Below, piece by piece: positions 53,613 to 64,000 of a stretch of DNA of 64,000 bases. The notes below the pieces were generated by a model, which made no database searches, had not been told where the DNA came from, and saw only the letters and a list, made by a program, of their open reading frames with translations. How positions within the stretch are numbered: position 1 is the first letter of the stretch; every line of letters begins with the position of its first letter. Source of the stretch: Octopus vulgaris (Eukaryota). The DNA is taken from positions 66,526,001 to 66,590,000 of the forward strand of contig OX597816.1 in the NCBI GenBank assembly GCA_951406725.2, given 5' to 3'. Both the position numbers and the translations under genes were made by a program.

Positions 53613-56410
53613 TTAAACAACAATAAAAGCAACCTCATCATCTATTTATCCATTAATAGTGCTGGAAGCCAAGATTGTGGTTGGTCCTGTCTCCAGTGAT
53701 ATAAGCTTGTAGCTACTTTTAAGTTAATCAGTAGTAGACAGTGGCCATGCTCTTTGGAGCCTCGCCCTCATTAGTGAGATCAATGTGGCTGATGTCTAGC
53801 TTCTACAGATAAGGGTCAATGTCAATGTCAATTTAAGAATGTTATTTTAAAGCAAGGCATGGCTTATTCAACCAGGCAAAATAAGTCCTAGTCAAAATGA
53901 ATAAGGTCAAAGTGATACAGAAAACTATGCACAGGGAGTAAACTGGGGGTCTAATTCGAAGAGACCAAATGTCAAGGTGGTGGTGGGCAGAGATGGGATA
54001 AGCCTACCACCTAAATTTTGACCAATAGAATAAAACATGTAGATAGGTGGCAACAATATGCCTTTCCTTTTACCTGTTTCAATCATTAGATTACGGCCTT
54101 GCTGGGGCACCGCCATGAAGAATTTTTAGTTGAATGAATCAACCCCAGTATGTTTTCTTGGTACTTATTCTATCAAACTCTTTTGCCAAACTGCTAAGTT
54201 ATGGTGACATAAACATAGGAACATCATTTGTCAAGCAATCGTGGAGCATGAACACATAGACACACACACATGGCAAAATTCTTTCAGTTTCCACCTACCA
54301 AATCCACTCACAAGGCTTTGGTCAGCCTGAGGCTATAGTAGAAGACACTTGCCCAAGGTGCCATGCAGTGAGGTGGGGGGGGGGGGGGGGCTGCACCAGG
54401 GACCATATATTTGGGAGACAAGCTTCTTTATTTCAAGATTTTGCCATAAAGGCATTACATAGGTGGCGAGCTGGCAGAAACGTTAGCACGCCGGGCGAAA
54501 TGCATAGCCGTATTTCGTCTGCTGTTAAGTTCTGAGTTCAAATTCCACCGAGGTTGACTTTGCCTTTCATCCTTTTGGGGTCGATTAAATAAGTACCAGT
54601 TACGCACTGGGGTTGATATAATCGATTTAATCCATTTGTCTGTCCTTGTTTGTCCTCTCTGTGTTTAGCCCCTTGTGGGCAGTAAAGAAATAGGCATTAC
54701 ATAGAGGGAGAAGCTTGCGGGCTGGACATAAACATTAATGAGATGAGTGATGGAAAGGATGGTATTAATGGGGGAAGACAAAAGATGCCTGCCGATCTTT
54801 TGCTTCTCTGAAAGAAACAAGCTTCTTACCACACAGCTACACCTGTGTTACTAACAATATAATGTGTATTATTGTTAATAATAAGAATTAAAGCAACACA
54901 TCCTGGATATAACTATTTTCCCTATCAGCTCTAAATCTGAAAACAAGGGAACTAAAGCTAACAAGGCAGTACAAAGCCGATGAAGGAGTTTCTATGCAGT
55001 TGTTTAACTTGTTAGAAATAGCTGCTAAATTCCCTTCAATCACACTATCATTGTAGTTTTGGGCTACCTACACATAAGGAAGAAATAAACAATGAAATGC
55101 TTGCTTTTGATCACATGTCTGCTCAACTAGGGCTAACCGGGACTAAACAACACCAACAGTAATAAATAAAGGAAAACTCCTTGATAGCTGATGTTTCTTC
55201 CACAACAAAATCCTCCTTCTAAACACACACAAGCAATCATGCACAACATAAACTTCATTCATTTTAACCAATGCTGATGTTCTAAACCTGCAGAAATTTC
55301 AAAGAAAAACAAACTAATCTAAAACAATCAGCTTCTGTTAATTTCATCACTCCAAGGAGGGCTCTCTTGTACGCTTTAGGCCAATCAGCTTTACTCTGGA
55401 GTTAATGGTGAGGAGGGAGAAAAACATGATACACAAACATACATATGTACATACACACATATAAAAAGAGAGAGACACGCATACATAAGTGGGAAAAAAC
55501 CCCTCAAAAAACAAGCATAATAAAATCCTCCAAAAAGAAAAAAAAATCAACAGCAACCCAAACTATTGTAAGCACTTGTAGCTTAAGTTTTTGTCACGTT
55601 GCCAAGCATCTCCTTATCGGTACAGCGATTGTCAGTTACAAAATCTCAGTATCTGACAAGCACTATGATTTGTTTTACTGGAATCATTCATTCTTCCTGT
55701 CTGATTTAAGGGAAACAATTTTGGAAATGAAAGCCACTCAAAAATCCTTACCAATTCCCTTGCTTAATTTTCAATAGAACTGCATACCATTCTTACTACT
55801 CTACTAAGATTAAATGAAATAGCCTTCACTTCTCTGAACATGATCTCTAACTATTTTCATAAGAGCCAATGGAGAAAAATTTATGCAATGAATTGACACA
55901 CTAGAAAGAGCAGGCCCAAATCTGCCTAAGATCATACCCTACTTTCTTAAAAATAAGAAAGAAAGCAGACGTTTGATAAATTTGCCCTAGATGCACAATG
56001 CTTGAAAACATTAATGGTGGAGTAGCTAGTGGTTGCTCAACCTGTTAGAAACAGTAACCAATTCTTTCTCAAATCACACTTTACTACATTAAAAGAAGAG
56101 AAACCTACTCTGACATGGAATAGTGCAGTCTACATTTTCCTGCATATAGGGAAAAATGGGAAGCTAAGCCTGCAATACTTTTCATCATGGGTCTACTTCA
56201 TTAAGGCTGATCTGGGATTAAAACAACAATCTTGCTTGTATGATGATGATGATGCTCATTTACAATCAGCACATGATGTCTAGACAAGAGTACATACACA
56301 TAACATATATAGGATGCTATATCAGAGACATTTGTAGTATGCAGTGAGACTGAACCCAAGAGTACATGGTTGGGAAGCTAGCTTATTAATCACACACAGA
56401 TATACCTGTG

Positions 56411-56446
<36 letters not shown>

Positions 56447-56459
56447 AGAAAGGATGACC

Positions 56460-56618
56460 TCCCTTCGTATATAGGGAAGGTTTACGAAAAAAACAAAAGA
56501 CGAAGACAGGTGGTGTACAAAAACAGATGTATTAGTATAATGCTCAGGAACAGAAAAAGTCTTTTACGTTTCGAGCCAACGCTCTTCTATAGAAAGGAAC
56601 ACAGAAAAAACAAGGAGA

Positions 56619-56620
<2 letters not shown>
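56460..56620 (-). mobile_element. Family 2-related repeat with degenerate hammerhead (56561-56596)
   Basis: CTTT CTATAGA A GAGC gttg GCTC GAAA CG T A AAAG. Stems intact, core positions 5-6 altered; downstream ...CCTGAGCAT..TACTAATAC resembles 36808-36890. Confidence 0.6.
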
Positions 56621-56659
<39 letters not shown>

Positions 56660-57031
56660 AATAACAAATAGAAAGTCCTTGGTACAGAAAAAAATGAATA
56701 GAAATAGCTTTTCTAATAAATTTTCCACTTTGATAATTAAGGTTGAAAAATGATCAGAAAAGCCATTTCTATCCATTTTTCAAATATATTTATGTATGCA
56801 TGTATACATACATTTACATACCTACCTACATATATATATGTATATATACATGCATATATGGCTACAGAACATAAAAAAAAACATTGAACACAATGAGAAA
56901 CGAAAACATAAAAACAAAAACATAGAAACGATCTTTTTTTCAAACAAAGAAAAAAACAGAGAAACAAGACATACAACACAAGGAATATTCCCCTTCTTCA
57001 GTTGTCCCTGTTTCACCTACTCCATGTTTCG

Positions 57032-57073
<42 letters not shown>

Positions 57074-57120
57074 TACATACACACACACACACACACACAC
57101 TATACTCTGATTCTGGCCAA

Positions 57121-57199
<79 letters not shown>

Positions 57200-57507
57200 T
57201 ACATAAAGCATTTCTGGAATGACATGACGCTTGGAGAAAAGCTGAATATATTCTTTTAATAGGAGATGAATGTTAGACATTGTTTCATTCCACATTTCAT
57301 TCCACTCTGGTTAGCAAGAAAGATGACAAACGGTCATAGTGTGCAGATTTCATCACCTGTATACAACTTTAAAGATAGCAAATATGTGAGATATTCATTA
57401 TGTAAAGCTGAAGAAAACAATGATACAAAAATAAAGAAGTAACATTCTTCAGAGAATTAAAACAAAGTGTATGGTGAATGCTTCAATGTTAGGACTTAAC
57501 CTCGTGG

Positions 57508-57539
<32 letters not shown>

Positions 57540-60500
57540 TTAATGTCCACTTTCCATGCTAGCATGGGTTTGACGATTTGACTGAGGTCTGGTGAACCAG
57601 ACTCCAATCTAATCTGGCAGAGTTTCTACAGCTGGATGCCCTTCCTAATGCCAACCACTCCGAGAGTGTAGTGGGTGCTTTTACATGCCACCGGCATGAG
57701 GGCCAGTTTGGTGGTACTGGCAACAGCCACGCCCAAATGGTGCTTTTTACGTGCCACCTGCACAGGAATCATTCCAGTGGCATTGCCGACGACCTCGCTC
57801 GAATGTTTCACGTGCCACCAGCACAAGTGCTAGCAAGGCGACATGGTAACGATCATGCTCGAATGGTGTGTTTAACGTGCCATTGTCATGAAGGCCACCT
57901 TGTTGCTCTGGCAACGATCTCACTTTTATGGTATTCTTAGCACTCCACTAGCAACAGATGCCAGTCACCGAGTTTGATTTCGACTTCGATGTGTATGCTT
58001 ATCAAAACCTGGATTCATAAGACACCAGCAGAGCTATAATTGTAAAGTATATATTTCTGAGTGCCCAATTTTCTTAATGGTCAGCAATAGTGTTCTGCAG
58101 TCATGAGTGGAAAGCCATCACATGAGTGTGTGTGTGTATATGCATGGAAGCACGTGATGATGTGATGCATATCTTCCAGCAGTGTTTATGCTGATGTACT
58201 CATAACGCATCATGAAAGTACACATTAGATGGTAGTATAAGTATAAAGGTAGTATAAACATAAATATCATATAGATACAGAAGTGGGTGATACTAAAAAC
58301 AATGGTTCCAATCAAACAAACTAAACAAGGTGAAGAAAAAAAAAATCAGGTGATAATTTATAGGTAATAAAAGAAATTATGTAAGAGCTAAAAAAATAAA
58401 ACAAACAAGTACAGGGATAAAAAAAAAAAGCAATGTAAAGATAAATAAAAAAAAATCAGAGTTGGAATGAAACAAAGAAACATAGGAGGAATGATATGTC
58501 TGTTGAAAGATTCCAGTTATTTCAGCTAGGAGTTAGTTGTATGGCAAAACTGTAGACAGAACTTTTTTTCTTTCTCTTTGTTTTTTTTTCTCCCTTTCTA
58601 ACTGTAGTGCCAGATTGCTATCTCTGACAAAAAATAAAAAGGAAAAAAAAAATGTAAAGAAAGATGCAGTTTATGAGTGAATAATATTTACTGGAGGGTT
58701 GAATAATACTTTCCTTTCTTTCTGTCTGTCTTTCCTACAAGTGTGTGTGTGCATATATATATACATACACACACATATGTATATATACACACACACACAC
58801 ACACAGGTACATACACACATAATTGTTATGATTCTAATGTCTGTTCTTCGATGCTTGCATAGTTCAGACAGGATCCATTGAGGCAGATTTTCTATGGCTG
58901 GATGCCCTTCCTGTCACCAACCCTCACCTGTTTCCAAGTGAGGTAATATTTTCCCTTGGCTGGACACGTTTTTGCAAATGATTGGAAATTAACGAAACTG
59001 TTAGTATAGTGAAGAACTTTGTTTAACACTATTATGCAATGCCAAGATAAGGAGACACTTGCACACAGGCAATGGGCTTCTTTAAGTTTCCACTAACCAA
59101 ATCCTCTCATAATGCTCTGGTTGGCCTAGCGCCATAGTATCAGACACTTGCCCACGGTGCCATACAGTGGAATTGAACCTGAAGTCACATGGTTACAAAG
59201 CAAGCTTCTTAACTACACAGTCTGCCTTTATATATGGTTCAAAATTGTACAAAAATAAAAGAAGAGAAACAGAGATAGGTGAGGGAACAACAGACAAGGT
59301 GTATTAGAATTTGATGCTCAGGAAAAATGAAAGAGTCTCTGTATATTCATATATATATAAGCAAGAAAAAACAACAACATCCAAACATGGAAATTTCCAG
59401 AATGCATTGTTTGAAAGAAGCTTAAGAGTTTACTATGAAGGAAGAGATCATCATCATCATTATCATCATTTAACATCCGCTTTCCATGCTAGCATGGGTT
59501 GGACGAATGACTGAGGGCTGGCAAACCAGATGGCTGCAGCAGGCTTCAATCTTGATCTGGCAGAGTTTCTACAGCTGGATGCCCTTTCTAACGCCAACCA
59601 CTCTGAGAGTGTAGTGAGTGCTTTTACGTGCCACCAGCACGGGACCAGTCAGGTGGTACTGGCAATGACCTCGCTTGAATCTTTTTACACATGCCACCGG
59701 CACAGGTGCCAGTAAGGCGATGCTGGTAACGATCACGCTTGAATGGTGTCTTTTACGTGCCACCGGCATGGAGGCCAGATAGCTGCTCTGGCAACGATCA
59801 CACTCGGATGGTGTTGCCAGTACCGCCTGACTGGCCCCCATGCTGGTGGCACATAAAAAGCACCCACTACACTCTTGGAGTGGTTGGCGTTAGGAAGGGC
59901 ATCCAGCTGTAGAAACTCTGTCAAATCAAGATTGGAGCCTGGTGCAGCCATCTGGTTCGCCAGCCCTCAGTCAAAATCGTCCAGTTGGGACTGAATCCAA
60001 AACCATGTGGTTGAAAAACCAAACTTCTCCTCCATTCGGCCATGTTGGTATCCTTTCTATACACACACCCATAGATGAGATAACACGAGACCCAGATATG
60101 CAGAGTGATGCTGTATTTTAAATCTATCTAATCCATGTCAGTAGGGGAAAAGCCTTCCATTGAACTGCTAATGATAACAAAGATGAGGATGCTGGAAAGG
60201 ACAATTTGTAGCTTTGCTTATATTTATCCATAACTGTTACTGTTAAAGATAAGACTTTCTTCTGAGAGGCAAAAAAAAGAAAAAGTTATATTATCATTGA
60301 ATCTTAATATTATATGATGTTTGTAGCATAATGTTTCTTAGATAAATGCAAGGTTATTTAGTAATCATGTTTGTGTTACTGTTTTACCTTATTGGAAAAA
60401 AAACAAAACAAAAAACAACCTAATTCTTTTGCTAGTGGAATTCTGTTTTAAGAATCCTATATAACCCCTCATAACTTTTTTTATTTTATTTTTGGGAATT

Positions 60501-62789
60501 TTCAGAAAACTTTTGTGTATTTGTGTTCTACATACAGAAATTCATATGGTTATGAAAAAAGAAATTTAAAAAAAATTTTTCAAATTTAAAAAAAAAAAAG
60601 TTTAAAATATGGACCATTAAATGTGCTTATGGAAAGATATTGAAAAACATCAATACATCAGAGTGACAAAGAAACAACTAAATAGCCCTTAAATCACAAA
60701 TACTTTTTCCCCCCTTTTTTCTTTGTTTTTGCATAATTGTATGAATTCCTGTGTAAAACATATTTGTAAAAATTTTCTGAAAATTCCCCCCAAATGAGTG
60801 GTTTATATGGGGTGATTAAAGCAGTATTCCACCTTTTTGCATACTCTCTTTCTCTTTTACTTGTTTCAGTCATTTGACTGTGGCCATGTTGGCGCACCGC
60901 CTTTAGTCGAGCAAACTGACCCCAGGACTTATTCTTTGTAAGCCTAGCACTTATTCTATCGGTCTCTTTTGCTGAACCGCTAAGTTACGTACGTAAAAAC
61001 ACCAGCATCGGTTGTCAAGCGATGTTGGGGGAGGGGGGCAAACACAGACACACACACACACATATATATATATATGACAGGCTTCTTTCAGTTTCCGTCT
61101 ACCAAATCTATTCACAAGGCTTTGGTTGGCCCGAGGCTATAGTAGAAGACACTTGCCCAAGGTGCCACGCAGTGGGACTGAGCCCGGAACCATGTGGTTC
61201 GTAAGCAAGCTACTTACCATACAGCCACTCCTACATACGATAACGTATGGCATCTACATATCAGTTGCTTAATAGTAGCCACAAATCATCAAAGTAGGAT
61301 TTGTTGAGATTGAGGAAAAAAAAAATCAACCATTTGATATACAGAAATTAATAAAACATGCCCCAGACTGAAATAAGCAATACAGGGGTTTGCTATGATT
61401 GACTAGAAAAACCCCTGAAGGCAGCTCCCCAAGAATTCCCCAAATCAATGAAAGAAGATTTGGTTGGCTGTCAATGACAGCTCTCTTCTGTTCAGTCAGT
61501 TTTTAAAATTTTATAAAACCTAATGAGCTTTCATTTTTTTTTTTTATTCTACCATCAAGTTCCATCTTGCTACCGAAAATTTCAAAGTATACAATAATCT
61601 CAACTTGGGCTTTTTATTTAGGGATATTTCTAAATACAGTTTAAAAACAACATTTTATTATTATATTTTTGTACTTGGTTTGCAAGTAGACTTGTTTGTT
61701 GAAATAGATATTGTTGTATCCCTGGAGAGTTACAAATGCCAACAATGTTCACTCGTTCTGTTTCACTGCTTTTGTTATTATTAGTTAACTATTTAATCAT
61801 TTAACCAATTAACCGATCAATTATTTAATTAATCATTCAGGAGACCCAAAGGAGACCCGAAGTAGAGAAGGTAGATCACTGATGAGGTTGCAAATAGTGA
61901 CAAAAGGACTCTGGACAAACCAAGCTTATTGATTGACTAAGCAATCAATTAGCTAATTGGTTAAACAATTAACTAGTTGATGAATAATAAATGAGGTAAA
62001 TAGAACCACTGTGTGTGTGTGTGTTTTTTATTACTGGCATGATGACTCCCTCAAGACAACATTTTATTACTGCAAGCATTGTTTTTAATCTCTTTGGTGA
62101 TATCACATTGATTTCTAAAGTCTACTGTAAGAAATTCATTCAAACTTAAATTAGAAATAGATGGGAGAAAGAAAGTGAGACATTGTAGAGACATTTTATG
62201 CATTTTACCAGAGTCATTATTGATGTAAATGGTAAGTACAGTAATTTTTAATTCAAAGTAGAACAACTATATTTCTTAATTGAACCTACTAGCTGTGATG
62301 AATTTACTCTGAAAATCCTTGCAATCATCAGAAGACATGCAGCCAACCATTTTACCCACATGTTAATGTGGGAATAATTCATATAAGAGACACAGAGCAG
62401 AATTATTCTGTTGTGATTTCAAAACCGTTTTATTAATATGAATGTATCTCAATGCGTTGTTCACAAGACTTTAGCCAACTCTTTCATTGTCATGGGTCTA
62501 CTAGCTAGCAGCTGCTTTCAACTGTCATACCTCCATGGCTGGTTGTTCGAAGAATGATTTTTAAATAAATAATTAGTTGCTAGTGATTTGGAAGTAAAAA
62601 TATAATAACTAGTTTTATTTACCACCTCTTCATATTTTGTTAAAGAAATAACAATGAGGTATTAAGCGCATCAGAAAGGATTAAAAAAGAAAATTGGCTG
62701 ATTATTTGGAATCACATCAGATAGATATAACTAAACACCACATGGCATTTTGCCCAATGCTCTGCTGAGTTTCCACTAGAAGATGTAGT

Positions 62790-63195
62790 CCTTGGTGAAG
62801 AATGGTGGCTTGTGTACCTTAGCAACATTGAGAGCTATGTCACTGGAGCATAAGCTCCTGATAAGGCCTTCCATGCTGAACAGTTCAAAGGACAGAGGCC
62901 AGACTAATATGAACCACCTCTTCTTAATGGTAAAAATGAGTTTGTATAGGGCCAACTACCCTACAAAGGATAAGAAAAGATGCAGAAGCATCAAGAACAA
63001 CTCAAAACCAACAAGACCTAGGAGAAGGCCTTTTCTTTAGGGAAACATCTGGCATGGTGCAACAAAACAGGAAGAGCTGAAAAAGGAAACATCTAACTGG
63101 AAACAAGCAGAAAAGACAACTTAGAGCCGAGAACAGTGGAGAAAAGTCATCAATGGTGTATGCTTCATAAAAAGTAAATCACATAAGTCTATTGA
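62790..63195 (+). mobile_element. RTE-related short element; related minus-strand copy at about 6060-6720 is split by the hAT MITE
   Basis: Shared AGGTCAAAGGA(T/C)A...AACCAC(C/T)TCTT...GGTAAAAATG block and RTE-like 3' end (WKQAEKTT*SREQWRKVINGVC). Confidence 0.55.
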
Positions 63196-64000
63196 GTTTA
63201 CTAATGATAGTAATAGTAGTAGTTGTAGAAGTTTCTAATGTAAGTGCAATGCCAGCAATTTGGAGAGAGAAGTGAGATGATTAAATTCACCCTTGTATTT
63301 AACTGGTGCTTTATTTTATCAACCATGGAAGGATTTGAACTCAAATCAAAAAGCCTAAACAAAAACCACAAAACATTTCTATATTTCTGAGATTTTATAT
63401 TATGTATTAGTCAGAGTGGTGTTTGACTATAATATACAATAAAAACCATAAGGTATTTTAGCCGACATTCTAACAGTTCAACAAAGCCAAATAACATCAT
63501 GATAATAATAATAACAATAATAATAATAATTCTTTTATTTGCCATAAGGATGCCAAGTGAGGGCACATTAAAAGGACAAATTACAAATAACAATGAAGGT
63601 TTATGCAGGGTTGATTGTGAATAGATTACATAACAAACTTTTATGAGTTTATGCTGACAGCAGTCTCAAGAAAGAAAGAAAAAGAACCACGTTTTCATGT
63701 GTCTTTTTATAGCCTTATAACTTAATGGTTCATCAAATATCAATTAAAACCCTTGAAAGCACCACCTTAGAATGGTTACAATCCAATGACTGAAACCACC
63801 AAAAATAGTAACACACACATACGCACATAATAATAATAAATATTAGTCATGTAGCATACAATCAATCACACATGTGTGTAAAGCCTCAAAATTTCTAAAA
63901 CTGCAGCTACCTCCTACACGCACACAAACAAACAAAAACAATTTTAAAGCAGTAACATTTATTGTATGTAAATGGTCTGGGGTTTTTCCTTATTTATTTA

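Noticed and set aside
56985-57036. CTTCGAAACATG...CTGAAGA on minus strand as a hammerhead
   Set aside because: No consistent stems I/III or cleavage triplet; at most a truncated pseudo-LTR.
61780-61990. Degenerate AT-rich inverted repeat
   Set aside because: Too diverged to define termini or a TSD; probably an old MITE.

Overview
AT-rich, microsatellite- and transposon-dense animal genomic DNA. The SINE families resemble those of octopus, but the organism is an inference. The one host gene I can support is a minus-strand VGLL4/Tgi-like TEAD cofactor with three phase-compatible coding exons (40055-40530, 32702-32818, 24033-24301). It encodes a PLNLS motif, RPSVITCA and three Tondu motifs, the first lacking its usual Val; upstream exons were not located. 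The rest is intronic or intergenic: tRNA-headed SINEs, mariner/Tc1/Tigger relics, hAT, piggyBac and Helitron non-autonomous elements, and RTE, Dong/R4 and L1/Tx1 LINE fragments. The main unexplained signal is a set of minimal type I hammerhead ribozyme motifs from about four unrelated short repeat families. They share a palindromic stem III and one extra nucleotide after A9, and several sit in asymmetric inverted repeats, some flanked by 12-14 bp target-site duplications (TSDs). One family joins a tRNA-derived Pol III head to the hammerhead; another has a G3:C8 core swap. This suggests non-autonomous, Penelope-mobilised ribozyme retroelements. All structures were read by eye and none has been tested.
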